Below are positions 1-9,953 of a stretch of 64,000 bases of DNA, in pieces. The position numbers and the translations under genes were made by a program. The stretch is from positions 32,001 through 96,000 of IMG/VR virus record IMGVR_UViG_3300033066_001528. One strand, written 5' to 3'. Source of the DNA: a virus (lineage: Duplodnaviria > Caudoviricetes). The notes under the pieces are model-generated. The model was given only the letters and a program-made list of their open reading frames with translations, did no database searches and was not told the DNA's origin. How positions within the stretch are numbered: the stretch's first letter is position 1; each line of letters opens with the position of its first letter.

Positions 1-443
1 GACTCCAGCGTCACCTCTCCCGTGGGTCCAAATACAGACGCTACCCTAGCCGGGACCCCATTGACATACACCAGAACATCGGATGAAGCATTTGCAGATA
101 CACCATTGGTTCTTGGTTTGAATATTGGATGGAGGGTTTTGAAAGTCCAACGTGCAAGATTGGGAGCGTCCCCCCTAGACTGCCATTCACCCCAAGGAAC
201 CACCTCGGATGCAATCAAAACAACATCGGTGTAATCCCGAAAAAACCCCCCTCCAACAGGATAAGCATTGACGCGACGATAGGGTCCTCGATCCGAGCTA
301 TCGGATCGATAGATATTTACACCCACTACCACCCGATCGGAATTAGAGCTCAACAGGGCCGGGTCGTCCCAGCGAAGGTCAAAGACTCCCTGGATGAAAG
401 GCGAGACGACCATCAAATTTTGAGGGGGTTGAGGATACACCAT
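1..443 (-). CDS. Putative virion structural (neck/head-closure-like) protein with an N-terminal FN3-like domain; runs off the window edge
   Basis: Missing from the ORF track because it has no stop in the window. Manual translation from ATG at 443 gives MVYPQPPQNLMVVSPFIQGVFDLRWDDP...VVGVNIYRSDS..., open to base 1. The PxPPxNL...LxW...GxNIYRS pattern is FN3-like. Confidence 0.6.
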   Translation of the reverse strand, partial: MVYPQPPQNLMVVSPFIQGVFDLRWDDPALLSSNSDRVVVGVNIYRSDSSDRGPYRRVNAYPVGGGFFRDYTDVVLIASEVVPWGEWQSRGDAPNLARWTFKTLHPIFKPRTNGVSANASSDVLVYVNGVPARVASVFGPTGEVTLE

Positions 444-457
444 AACCCTAAGTAGAA

Positions 458-1075
458 TCAGACTTCAACCGGAACGGTCAAGTCAAGAAGATCCATGACT
501 TTATTCCGAAGTTCCGCTTCCCAAGCCCCGGATCCCGTGCGAAATACGGAAACGGCATCCACAAACAAAGATGCCCTACCCGCAGAAATACGGCTAGAAT
601 CAGTGGTGCACTCCGAAGAAATAAGAATGGCTCTCGGCCCCCGCCCAATATCCAGAAGAAGGTTCAAGCCATTTGTGCTGTTGTCTAAGTTGATATCTAC
701 TACAACAACGGCAGAACGAACCTTCCGCCAAACTGATTCGGCCAGGGAAAAGTTAGGTACCAAATGAGGAGTAGCCCCTAATGAACGTAGAGTCGAATGA
801 AGATCAGGATCGGGATCGGTAGTTACAGCATGTAGGGGAACCCCTAGAACCGAAAGGGTAGATGCCAAAGCACATAAAGCTGGGGGCGAATCGTCAATGA
901 TTACAACGGAGCGTGTCAAAGGGTTGTAATCCAACCAACGAGTTATGACATCGGTAAGAATTTGAGCCGAATGCTCGGCCTTACCTAAAATAGACCCCAT
1001 GCGATACATACACATCTGAAGTGTATGGTCCGGGTAAGCACCACCAAAAGCTACGCTGTCCATATTTTCAATCAT
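458..1075 (-). CDS. Response-regulator receiver (REC)-like domain protein
   Basis: VVIIDDSP acidic pair, VVVVDINL phospho-acceptor-like Asp and ILISS strand; the conserved Lys is not evident. Confidence 0.5.
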   Translation of the reverse strand: MIENMDSVAFGGAYPDHTLQMCMYRMGSILGKAEHSAQILTDVITRWLDYNPLTRSVVIIDDSPPALCALASTLSVLGVPLHAVTTDPDPDLHSTLRSLGATPHLVPNFSLAESVWRKVRSAVVVVDINLDNSTNGLNLLLDIGRGPRAILISSECTTDSSRISAGRASLFVDAVSVFRTGSGAWEAELRNKVMDLLDLTVPVEV

Positions 1076-1371
1076 CGAACGATAATCCTCATGAGTAAAG
1101 CAATCAGTCCACTGAAAACAATGGACGAGATCCCACCGATTAATAACGCCTGAGACCTAAGGGTTTCCACGTCTCTCAGTCGCTTCTCCACGTCCAAAGA
1201 TTTCTCATTGAGAGTTTCTATCTTGGTGGCTAACCGGGCCAGGGTAGTTTCGGTGACCACGGTAGACTTCCGGTGTTCAGCCGAAAGCTCACCTAAAGCT
1301 TTATTCAGGCTGTCAATAGCACCTAGAATTGCCCTACGGTGCTCAAGGAATCCGTCACCACCATCACTCAT
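1072..1371 (-). CDS. Coiled-coil protein with a C-terminal transmembrane helix (holin/hemolysin-like)
   Basis: Heptad-rich segment followed by ALLIGGISSIVFSGLIALLM; likely start MSDGG at 1371; overlaps the next gene by 4 nt. Confidence 0.5.
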   Translation of the reverse strand: MSDGGDGFLEHRRAILGAIDSLNKALGELSAEHRKSTVVTETTLARLATKIETLNEKSLDVEKRLRDVETLRSQALLIGGISSIVFSGLIALLMRIIVR

Positions 1372-1639
1372 TGTACACCTTCCAGAACAACTCAAAAACT
1401 ATTGCGTCAAGTTGCTACAAGTAAAAAAAGATTAGGCAAACCAAACGAGACTAAATGCCCCGCACCATTCCACTAGTGAAATGCGAAACAAAATACGCAC
1501 CCAATAGCCAAAAGCAAAAAGCCACAGAAGGTGTCTTTTTGACACCCTAGACCATACCGATACATTTTTTGAGGTGGAAATAAAAAACTGGGAGGAACTG
1601 GAAAATGAGGTCCCCCCTAGGGTGGAGAGACGGGAAAAG

Positions 1640-1918
1640 TCAATCCCAATTAAACCGTTTCATCTCGACGGTTAGGTCATTAAAAGCAAATCGTAAAGCT
1701 AGCATCGCTCTATGCATCTTCCTGTCATCCGACATAGACGGTTCGTCTCTAACGGCACTCTGCAGTTTGTAAAACCCATCGCTCATCTTGTAATAAGCTT
1801 CCCGAATGTTCCCATTGGAGACGGGGATACCACCTTCTTTGAGAATAGGCAGGAGCTCTTTGCGGAGCTCAGGATTTTGGTGTGCTAATCTAATAAGACG
1901 GGAACGTAGAGATTCCAT
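1640..1918 (-). CDS. Small protein carrying the repeated LRSxLIRLAH leader
   Basis: MESLRSRLIRLAHQNPELRKELLPILKEGG. Confidence 0.8.
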   Translation of the reverse strand: MESLRSRLIRLAHQNPELRKELLPILKEGGIPVSNGNIREAYYKMSDGFYKLQSAVRDEPSMSDDRKMHRAMLALRFAFNDLTVEMKRFNWD

Positions 1919-1945
1919 ACCAACAACTTGGTATGGAATCTCTAC
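1906..1945. promoter_or_regulatory. Perfect 18-bp hairpin covering the start codon of 1640..1918
   Basis: gtagagattccataccaa-caac-ttggtatggaatctctac. Confidence 0.7.
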
Positions 1946-1954
1946 CGTTAACCT

Positions 1955-4381
1955 TCAGTTAACGCTGAAGTATTCACCCTTCATGTACACCGTAATGACG
2001 GCTCCATTTGGGAGGACATAGAAGACACCTTCTTCTTTTTCCGCCTTGTTGAGCTTCGCCTCCGGGTACGTCGTCGCGAAAGCATCTGCGTCGAAAGCAA
2101 CGGCGCCCAAGTTATCGGGAACCAGCCCGGATGCCCCGATGTAGAACGCTAGAGGGCTAAACTCAGCCCAAATATCCTCGATAGCTGCCGCAACGGACTT
2201 TGACGCGGCCGTAACTACGTCAACCATCTTGTCCCGGTTTAAGGTCAAAGCCTCAAGGAACTCGACATCATTCACACCGGCATCCCGAAGTGTAGACACC
2301 AAAGCGCTGGTGGATCCAACACCCAGAAGACCCTCATACAGAGGGTAGGACATGGTATCGGTTTCGTCCAACTTCGTTGCAGCCGTCAGCTTCTTCACAT
2401 CCCACACAACACCACCCATACCAACCAAATCCAAGGTAGGCTTGTCAACCTTAGATCCGTTGAGAGTGGCAGTGAACCGGCGTTGCAAACCATCGTTACC
2501 ACTTCGGAGTTTGGTCACACTCGTCAGGGCGGGATAACCAATATCGATCTTGTAGCTAACCCTAACATCAACGGACCCATTAGCCAGAGCCTGTTTGAGA
2601 TCGGTATATTCCGTCGTGGTAGGTGGGGAGAAGTTGAGAGACGGGGTGAGGTAATGCGTCTTGAGCGCCGCAACCTGCTCCTGAGTCAGAGAGGTTGACT
2701 CACCCTTCACCATCCCGGAGAGGATCTTCCCCAAAACCGTGAGACGAACCAATTTATGGATACCGTCCATCGTAGGGGCGGAGAAAGAGGCGCTGTAATC
2801 CACCAGAGGAAGACTCGAAAGGTCAACGGCAAAAGGTCCCCCTGGAGCGTAATCCCCGGTCACGAGACCCATGTCCTTAAGGTCCCGGTGCACCCGCTTG
2901 TCATTTGTTCGGAAGGTGATGCGGGCCACATTCAAGCTACCATCCCCAACAATGGTATAATTGTTGAAAGACTTAAGACCATCCAAAGCCACACCGGCCA
3001 CGGAAGCAATCCTAGTCTTGGAGTCGCGAGCATAAATACCTTGAGGCTGAGAGATGAGCATGTTGATAGTAGGGTTGGACCGATTGCGCTCAAAACCCAT
3101 CACCTGGGCCCACTGATCATCACCCTCTGTCTTTGACTCATAGGCTGGAAGCTCCAGGCTACCATCTTCCTTGCGAACCCCGGGCACGCGACGGACTCCA
3201 GTACGTCTGTAGTCTGACCGGAGCTTTTGCATGTCCACTTCAAGGCCCGGCCGAGAAAGAGCCGCAATCACCTTGAGGACCGAAGGACCCGAGATACCAT
3301 ATTCGACGTTGGGGGTGTAGGTCTGAGGATTGAACACCGCCTCATCCATCGCGGAAGAGAAAGCTGCAATCTCACTATTAACCAAAGCCTTCCCGTGAAC
3401 CCGAAGCAGATCCGGGTGACGAGAGCTAACCAGAGCATACTTTGCTTCATTTAGCTGGCCCATCGCCAGCCGGGCGCGGACATAAGCCAGAATAGGGGCG
3501 GGAGAATCCCCCTCCCCGTTAACAGGAACAGGCGAGGATTTGTAATCATCCGCGGAGACCTCGGTATATCGATACGCAACCTTGTCATCCGAGGGACGCA
3601 ATCCACGAACGGTCAGATTGTCTTCGGACCCCAGGCAAATCCGCCCGGTCTTAGACACAAACACAACAAAGGAAGCGGAACCCCGAGAAACTTCAATTGA
3701 CGGGCTCATAGAACCCGCAAGAAGAACCGTAGTGTCATGCAGGGCCTGATACACCTGTTGGATGTTTTGAGCTTGGAGGCATTTCCCACTCAACGAGTTA
3801 GCAATACGACTCAAAAGGGCAAAGTCGCACGAACTACGGTGACCAATTGTGTTCACGAAGATGTTGGGGTGGCGCTTAAGAGAGGTAACTGCGGCATCCA
3901 GGGAACGAACCTCGGCCGATGGGCTAGGGTCGTTTGCATACCCGTCGGTATGAAAAGAGATGGCGGTTACCTCACTATCATCAATCAGTTTCTCGGCCTC
4001 GGATAGTGCTTGGGATAGACAAGTGAGGTAGGTTGCTTGAATTGACCGAATGGCCTGAAGGTGCTTGGAGTTAGGGGCCATTACCGAGGTAATGGGCACC
4101 CGACGGCAATGAACAGTCACATCCCCACTCGATGAAGTGGAAATGATGCTAACCAGAAGGTTAGGATCAGCGAATTCCTGGAGTGTAAAGACCTTCTCCA
4201 CAGTTGCCTTCATGGCCCCCATATCACCGTACATGCTGCCGGAACGATCCAGACAGACAATGTGGTGAGAAGGAACCCTGGATTTCGTGGTCTCAGCCTC
4301 CCCCAAAACCTGGGTGTCGACTAGGAAATATCGGCGAGGAGATCCACTGAAAGACCGAGTACTGAATTTGGATTTTGACAT
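1955..4381 (-). CDS. Large vWA-domain protein
   Basis: MIDAS motif CLDRSGSM and FHTDGY; 808 aa. Confidence 0.8.
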   Translation of the reverse strand: MSKSKFSTRSFSGSPRRYFLVDTQVLGEAETTKSRVPSHHIVCLDRSGSMYGDMGAMKATVEKVFTLQEFADPNLLVSIISTSSSGDVTVHCRRVPITSVMAPNSKHLQAIRSIQATYLTCLSQALSEAEKLIDDSEVTAISFHTDGYANDPSPSAEVRSLDAAVTSLKRHPNIFVNTIGHRSSCDFALLSRIANSLSGKCLQAQNIQQVYQALHDTTVLLAGSMSPSIEVSRGSASFVVFVSKTGRICLGSEDNLTVRGLRPSDDKVAYRYTEVSADDYKSSPVPVNGEGDSPAPILAYVRARLAMGQLNEAKYALVSSRHPDLLRVHGKALVNSEIAAFSSAMDEAVFNPQTYTPNVEYGISGPSVLKVIAALSRPGLEVDMQKLRSDYRRTGVRRVPGVRKEDGSLELPAYESKTEGDDQWAQVMGFERNRSNPTINMLISQPQGIYARDSKTRIASVAGVALDGLKSFNNYTIVGDGSLNVARITFRTNDKRVHRDLKDMGLVTGDYAPGGPFAVDLSSLPLVDYSASFSAPTMDGIHKLVRLTVLGKILSGMVKGESTSLTQEQVAALKTHYLTPSLNFSPPTTTEYTDLKQALANGSVDVRVSYKIDIGYPALTSVTKLRSGNDGLQRRFTATLNGSKVDKPTLDLVGMGGVVWDVKKLTAATKLDETDTMSYPLYEGLLGVGSTSALVSTLRDAGVNDVEFLEALTLNRDKMVDVVTAASKSVAAAIEDIWAEFSPLAFYIGASGLVPDNLGAVAFDADAFATTYPEAKLNKAEKEEGVFYVLPNGAVITVYMKGEYFSVN

Positions 4382-4449
4382 TGATACCCCGTAATAGGTG
4401 GGATTGTTACCCTTCAGTTACGCCGGGAGAAGGAAAACTGACCCTCGAT

Positions 4450-5196
4450 TCAGATGGAGAATTTAGAGCCCCTAAGAACCCTACAATCGGGAAGAATACC
4501 TAGGGGATTGGGGGTACAATGCTTCTCCCACCACCCCCCCAATTTATTTGATACGACCCTAAAGAACTGACGGTCTTCAGAAAAAACCGAAGGTAGGGCT
4601 TCATGGGGTGTCCGGTCGGTCATCCAGTACAACTTGGAAGGCTCCATTTTCGAGGCTACCCCAAGGGGCTCTTTTTTCAAAGCCCCGAGTGCATCAACGT
4701 CCGTAGTGGTTGAGTCCCACACCCGGCAAGCGCCATTGGTGGAGGCCATGTAAACCCCGTCTTTACGATCGCAATGTCCATCCTGAAGAATACCTTGAAG
4801 GTACTCCAATCGTTGTCTCTGATCATAGGTCAGATCTTCCTTGCTGACCCGACGTAGTTCTGCGAGCTCCTCCAGAATGGATGTCCCACCACCAAACCTA
4901 CCAATGGATCCACCACCAAAGGTAAAACCACTCCCAAACGCGGACCAAAAAGATCCATTCCCGGCTTCGGTATGTACCCCACCCCTCCGCTGCGTTGTCC
5001 CCCCCTGAACCCGACCCTCTGTCACAGTAAGGTAAGCTACCTTTCCTGGGAGAATTGAATCACACATGGCAATGAGAGGAAGATACCCGTGTAGGTCTTC
5101 AGGAATTGTCGCCGGGTCGCCCATGATAAAAGGCATCATGTTGACGGACATAGCACGGGGTTTAGGGAACTGAACAAAATGAAGGGGTTGGTACAT
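4450..5196 (-). CDS. 2OG-Fe(II) oxygenase-like (DSBH) protein; untagged paralog of 18989..19726
   Basis: RRGGVHTE (HxE), RTPHEA (distal His), RQFFR; extensive identity with 18989..19726. Confidence 0.6.
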   Translation of the reverse strand: MYQPLHFVQFPKPRAMSVNMMPFIMGDPATIPEDLHGYLPLIAMCDSILPGKVAYLTVTEGRVQGGTTQRRGGVHTEAGNGSFWSAFGSGFTFGGGSIGRFGGGTSILEELAELRRVSKEDLTYDQRQRLEYLQGILQDGHCDRKDGVYMASTNGACRVWDSTTTDVDALGALKKEPLGVASKMEPSKLYWMTDRTPHEALPSVFSEDRQFFRVVSNKLGGWWEKHCTPNPLGILPDCRVLRGSKFSI

Positions 5197-5233
5197 ACCC
5201 CACTTACGAAAAGAGTTGGACAGAAGGGGAGAG

Positions 5234-6709
5234 TTACTGGGAAAGTTTCATTTTTTCAGCATAAAAAGAAATCACCTTTTCTGCCGTTGAAACATCTGAA
5301 CCGAAAAAGTTCAACCAATGGTCTCGAACCACGGTCAAAAGAGGTACGTGCGTCATCTTGGACCGCTTAATGAATTCCCGAATATGAGCTTGAACTTCAA
5401 GGGGATCCAGAGCATAGTCATTGACGGGGTCTCTTCCTTGAGGCAAAGAGGCGTTTTGCTTTGAGAATTGCACGCTATGAGTCAGCTCGTGGGCCAACAG
5501 TGATGCCAATTCTGCCTGTCCTTCGGATCTCTTGGGGGACAACCACACTTCCACACTCAAATCCCCATAATAGTTGTTACCATCATGATTTTTCCCGGTA
5601 CCTGGATTGTCGGAGTGTCGTGTGAGGACTGATAGGTCCGTAGTTCCGGTTGATTCTAACGAATCCAGAATCCATTGGTCTAAGTTAATGTGAATATGAT
5701 TGTATCTATCCTCCAACACATGAGAACCATCCCTCCATTTCAAACTGGCATCCCGTTTCTGCAGCTTGTAAACGGAGTTACACACAAGACTAGACAGTGC
5801 ATTAGCCAGCTTTGCTACATTGACTTTGGTCCCAAAAGAAGCTGATTTGTCGGATTTGTCATTAGCAGCTTCTAAAACCTTCTGCATGTCTTCATCGGAC
5901 AAACCCTCTGCCATGACATCGTGGATTGCTTGATAGACGTAGGTCAGTAGGATCTCCTGAAGCTCATCTTCGGAAGGACCATCCTCCCCAAATACATACC
6001 GCATCGCTACTCGCTCGGACGCCGGGCGTGCCGAGGCTAGGTGATCGGAGAAATGATGGAGACCGTGAAGAAAAGAGTGACCCACTTCAAAGTGAGTGAA
6101 CCCCTTATCCAGAATATGACTGACAGCTTTGAAGGCCACATGCTTGGCGAAAGAATTACCCAGAGTTCCGGCCATGGCCCCCAAGCCGCCTGTGGCCGCC
6201 ATCACAGTGCCAGCCACAACATAAACTCCAACTGCATAGAGAGCTTTTTTATCCGGTCCCGTCAGCTTCTCCGGTGGCTTCTTAAACACTTTCTTTACAG
6301 CCGATACGCCGTGTTTTATCTCATGAAGCTCTTCTTTGGTAGCGTTCTTCAAAAGAGTGGGGATAGCTTTGGTACCCTTCTTCATTAGCTGAACGGCTTT
6401 ATCTGTAGCCTCTTTGCGGTGATCCTTATCCACTATCAACCGCTGGACTTCTTTTGGAGCTTGTTTGAGGGCTTCCTTCGCTGCTGGGGCTAGGCTCTTG
6501 GCCTTCTCCAAAAATGACGATAGCATCCCTTTGAAGCCTTTGCTTCCACCATCATCTTTCGTGGGTTCGTCTTTTTTGGGCTTGGCATGGGCATCGGCTT
6601 GATCCTTTGTATCAAAGGATTTCGCCTCTCCAGCGGGACTTTGGGATCTCCATTTACCCTCGGGGGTCTTCCAGACCTCTCCGGGGTGTCTTTCTCGCGC
6701 TATCTTCAT
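5234..6709 (-). CDS. Multidomain protein with a C-terminal zincin (HExxH) domain; probably virion-associated
   Basis: LAHELTHSVQ...EVQA; internal RVAMRY motif; hydrophobic central segment; TGATG overlap with the upstream gene. Confidence 0.65.
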   Translation of the reverse strand: MKIARERHPGEVWKTPEGKWRSQSPAGEAKSFDTKDQADAHAKPKKDEPTKDDGGSKGFKGMLSSFLEKAKSLAPAAKEALKQAPKEVQRLIVDKDHRKEATDKAVQLMKKGTKAIPTLLKNATKEELHEIKHGVSAVKKVFKKPPEKLTGPDKKALYAVGVYVVAGTVMAATGGLGAMAGTLGNSFAKHVAFKAVSHILDKGFTHFEVGHSFLHGLHHFSDHLASARPASERVAMRYVFGEDGPSEDELQEILLTYVYQAIHDVMAEGLSDEDMQKVLEAANDKSDKSASFGTKVNVAKLANALSSLVCNSVYKLQKRDASLKWRDGSHVLEDRYNHIHINLDQWILDSLESTGTTDLSVLTRHSDNPGTGKNHDGNNYYGDLSVEVWLSPKRSEGQAELASLLAHELTHSVQFSKQNASLPQGRDPVNDYALDPLEVQAHIREFIKRSKMTHVPLLTVVRDHWLNFFGSDVSTAEKVISFYAEKMKLSQ

Positions 6710-7191
6710 CAAACACACTCCGGAATAGGAAGAGAACCAGCTACACCCATCTCTATGTCCAAGAGGGCAAAAAAATCATCTATGTCCTCATTGTCAAAAA
6801 ACACACAGTCCAGAAGGAATAAATCATAAGGAAGATGCAAAACACCCATACGAGTGGAAACTTGAACGATGGAATGGAAAATATCTGTAACCTCACCCCA
6901 CCCTAGTGACAGAGACCAGAAAGGAATCCCTAAAGAGGCTCGGATTCTCCGGTGCTGGTTGGGGTGCAAGTATCTGTGTTTTTGTTGACGGTGAAAAACA
7001 CCACTATGACGAACCCGACGGTATCGGCTTTTTGCCCGTCGTTTAATCTGGTTCCGGTGTCTCAGGTAGTTCAACCTAGAGCGCCTGCGAGCCATACCAT
7101 GCTGGATGTGTTGTCTTGCATTTATTTGCAGTGCCATACGTCTTAGCCTGGATATAGGACCGGAAGGGTTGTGATTGCCGTACACCGACAC
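6709..7191 (-). CDS. Arg-rich basic protein
   Basis: RRRSRLNYLRHRNQIKRRAKSRYRRVR segment, shared with 35903..37573; start uncertain (7191 or 7137). Confidence 0.6.
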   Translation of the reverse strand: MSVYGNHNPSGPISRLRRMALQINARQHIQHGMARRRSRLNYLRHRNQIKRRAKSRYRRVRHSGVFHRQQKHRYLHPNQHRRIRASLGIPFWSLSLGWGEVTDIFHSIVQVSTRMGVLHLPYDLFLLDCVFFDNEDIDDFFALLDIEMGVAGSLPIPECV

Positions 7192-7425
7192 GAAGCTATC
7201 CTGTATGGTTGCCCAAGATGTGGGAAACAGAAGGGATACATTTTAAGCACCAATACGGGAAGTGCGGTGTTCCAGTGCTCCCACTGCACTAAGTTATTCC
7301 TAATCGTTGATGATAGTCTATCCAGGTCCCTTATCCCGGTGGAAGAGAATGGGAGTTTCCATTACCCAGAGGTAGAGCCCCATCCTCTAGGATGTCATGC
7401 GAACGGGGGGGTCAGCGATTTTTGA
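7171..7425 (+). CDS. Small Zn-ribbon protein
   Basis: CPRC...CSHC pairs; fills the gap between two minus-strand genes. Confidence 0.5.
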   Translation: MIAVHRHEAILYGCPRCGKQKGYILSTNTGSAVFQCSHCTKLFLIVDDSLSRSLIPVEENGSFHYPEVEPHPLGCHANGGVSDF

Positions 7426-7894
7426 GATAACCGAGAAGAACCCTATTTTCTGAGGTGTCGTCCAAAAAAGATACGGACATCGTGAGCAGATAGGTACAAT
7501 ATGCGTCCCCCATCTCAAAATCCGCAACGGTCACTTCGGGATTCGATATCGCGGTAGAAGTAGGTGTGAATTTAGGAAGAAGGCTTTTTATGGATCGGAG
7601 GATTAACCTACTTCGGTTAGGTGGTAACCAATTTGGATTCGTTGTTGGGTCCGGGGTATCTTCCGGATAATAGAGAATTACGGAAACAACTCCCCCATCT
7701 CCTTTGCCGACAACAGTGACATCCCCGACAAGAACACCCCTTAAACCTCCAGATCTAATAATAGAACCCAGTCGCTCACGGGAAAAAGCAGACTCCAACC
7801 ATTGGACTTTCCGGCTTTTCGTATCCGGTGGCTTACGGTCAAAAAACCAAGCATGTCTAATCATATAACGTTCTGCTACTTTGCGAGATGGCAT
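7412..7894 (-). CDS. Hypothetical protein with an N-terminal RKVAERY motif
   Basis: Likely start MPSRKVAERYMIRHA at 7894. Confidence 0.6.
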   Translation of the reverse strand: MPSRKVAERYMIRHAWFFDRKPPDTKSRKVQWLESAFSRERLGSIIRSGGLRGVLVGDVTVVGKGDGGVVSVILYYPEDTPDPTTNPNWLPPNRSRLILRSIKSLLPKFTPTSTAISNPEVTVADFEMGDAYCTYLLTMSVSFLDDTSENRVLLGYLKNR

Positions 7895-7933
7895 TATGAA
7901 AGGAGAGTGGATAGAAACAAACAAATGAATACC

Positions 7934-8725
7934 TTAGCCAGTCTCCAAGACGGCCTGTAATTCAGGGTGTCTGTAAATCGCTGAACCGACAAAACAAACG
8001 AGGTTAGAGACCGGACGGTAAACGCGCTCACTGTGTGTGTGCCCGCACAGAACCATAAACTGAACATTAGGATATTCCCGAGCCAAACAAAGAAGCTCTT
8101 GCCCCAACCTCAAGTTGCAATAAAAAGGAAGGTACGAACTGGGGGTAGGAGAAGAGAAATGGAAACAGGATTGAGGGAACGGTGGGAAATGTGTTGCAAC
8201 CACAATCATCTTGGCTCGGGAAGCCACATCTTTGACTCTTTTCGATATCAAATGGGTGTGGTGATCCGCCCTTCGTTGATAGAGGGCCAGCCTATCAGAC
8301 GAGTTCATTGAATTAAGTCCTGGTATCTCCCCCAATTCCGCCATACGAATCCTAGACCCGGAATAATCCCCGGCCCTCCCATCGTACCAGCCATCCACCC
8401 CAAGCAAGTAAGATCCATCCCCAAAGTGAATGGGTTCCGAATTTGTCAAATAGGTAAGGTCCAACGAGTGATAGTCGGCCATCACCTTATCCGTGGCCTC
8501 AAAAGTCAGATGCCAGTAATCATGATTCCCGAGAACAAAATCAATGGGAATCCTAATCCTATTCTGAAGGCGGCCAAGGTCGGATAAAACTCGACGAGAG
8601 GTGGAGTTATCTCCAGTTAACAGGAGACGATCTACCTTTGCATTTTGAATGGATTGAACAAACCGAAAAAAAGAATCTTCGGATACACAATCCAAATGAA
8701 TATCGGTTGCCCAAGCTAATCGCAT
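7934..8725 (-). CDS. Calcineurin-like metallophosphoesterase (Icc/CpdA-like)
   Basis: DIH, TGD, GNHD, THFPP and GHTH motifs in canonical order. Confidence 0.9.
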   Translation of the reverse strand: MRLAWATDIHLDCVSEDSFFRFVQSIQNAKVDRLLLTGDNSTSRRVLSDLGRLQNRIRIPIDFVLGNHDYWHLTFEATDKVMADYHSLDLTYLTNSEPIHFGDGSYLLGVDGWYDGRAGDYSGSRIRMAELGEIPGLNSMNSSDRLALYQRRADHHTHLISKRVKDVASRAKMIVVATHFPPFPQSCFHFSSPTPSSYLPFYCNLRLGQELLCLAREYPNVQFMVLCGHTHSERVYRPVSNLVCFVGSAIYRHPELQAVLETG

Positions 8726-8730
8726 TGGAA

Positions 8731-9525
8731 TTATAGGCAGGCGCCAACGGATCGAGTGTAGGCTAAAGAAAGGTCCCGGTCCAAACGATCCTGATATTTC
8801 TCCCCGTAGAGGGGGTTATCAACGGCAACACGCACCCTACTCTCTACGTCTGTTGAAAAAGGATCTAGGGGACCATGATAATGGATCTCTAGAATTGTAG
8901 ACCCGCTATCCGGACCAAGACCCCCCGCCACACCAAGACCGAACCCATGCTCCCTGGCCATGGGCTCCAGGTGATGAAGGATTTCATACCATAAACCCGG
9001 ACTAGAAGGCTTGCCATTCCCACCGGAAAAGTCAATTAGAGCATAGTCCATAAGGCCGGTGTAGGAACGAAGGTACTGGGCCACATTCTCCGGAGTTCGT
9101 TTTGAACCAATTGAAGACCCATTCACCTGAAGGATGATTTTCACATTCGGGAACATATCCCTCACCAAACGAATACTAGAGGGATCCGGCTTAACCACAT
9201 TCAACTGGATGCCACCACTAAACCCCTTAAAAACCCCCAAAAGATCGCGGAGTTGGATCATAAGGGATCGGTCATCACCTCCCGTATTGTAGTGGATGGC
9301 GGGAAAGACCCCCCCAATCAGCGAAAGGGATTCGATCAACCGAACGGCCGTTCCAACTTTAGGGTAGCGACGGTTAGTGACGGGTACATGCTTGAGTGTT
9401 TTTCCACTCACCAAAACACCAGCCATCACCAAGTGAGAGGCCGGAGCAATAGCTCTGCACTCCCGGATAGTATCCACATCATCAGGGGTAACAACACCCG
9501 TGATACCTAAGTAGGGAAGAGTCAC
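8731..9525 (-). CDS. TIM-barrel protein, phosphoribosylanthranilate-isomerase (TrpF)-like
   Basis: GITG start, IQLN, LIDFSGGNG, VAGGLGP, DVESRVR phosphate-binding region. Confidence 0.65.
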   Translation of the reverse strand: MTLPYLGITGVVTPDDVDTIRECRAIAPASHLVMAGVLVSGKTLKHVPVTNRRYPKVGTAVRLIESLSLIGGVFPAIHYNTGGDDRSLMIQLRDLLGVFKGFSGGIQLNVVKPDPSSIRLVRDMFPNVKIILQVNGSSIGSKRTPENVAQYLRSYTGLMDYALIDFSGGNGKPSSPGLWYEILHHLEPMAREHGFGLGVAGGLGPDSGSTILEIHYHGPLDPFSTDVESRVRVAVDNPLYGEKYQDRLDRDLSLAYTRSVGACL

Positions 9526-9953
9526 ATCAAAGACCTTTCTCTGGTTTTACCACCCGAGGTGCAATCCAATCTCTCAAACACAAGGGGCCTATCCGTCACG
9601 TTCCACCCGTTCCCCACGAAGTAGTCTCGGATCTCAGACTCTGTAGCGGAGTCAGGAACCCCACCTTTGAATGCAGTTTTCGGATAATGGACCCACCTAT
9701 CACCTTCGCGGACAAAGGACACCGTGATAAGGGGCACATGCTTTATCACGAAAGCAGTCATGTCGCGGAACGCAAGGAAAGACCAATTATCACGAAGAGC
9801 CAGCTCCAAAGCTTCCACGGAAGTGGTGATACCCCGGGTGTTGGGAATAGAAATCTTCCCCCGGGCCGTTTGAACGAACCAGGACGGTGCATAATCAAAC
9901 TCAGGGGTAAGCTCCATTACAAGAGAACCAACGGCGGGTGCTGTATTCATCAC
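9522..9953 (-). CDS. Hypothetical protein
   Basis: 143-aa ORF with 4-nt overlaps to both neighbours. Confidence 0.6.
   Translation of the reverse strand: MMNTAPAVGSLVMELTPEFDYAPSWFVQTARGKISIPNTRGITTSVEALELALRDNWSFLAFRDMTAFVIKHVPLITVSFVREGDRWVHYPKTAFKGGVPDSATESEIRDYFVGNGWNVTDRPLVFERLDCTSGGKTRERSLM

Noticed and set aside
22-455. Plus-strand ORFs at the window start
   Set aside because: Antisense to a more convincing minus-strand ORF starting at 443 that runs off the window.
1432-1565. Possible 30-37 aa hydrophobic mini-ORFs upstream of the holin-like gene
   Set aside because: Two competing frames, no clear SD, and the hydrophobicity is explained by T-rich sequence; not supportable.
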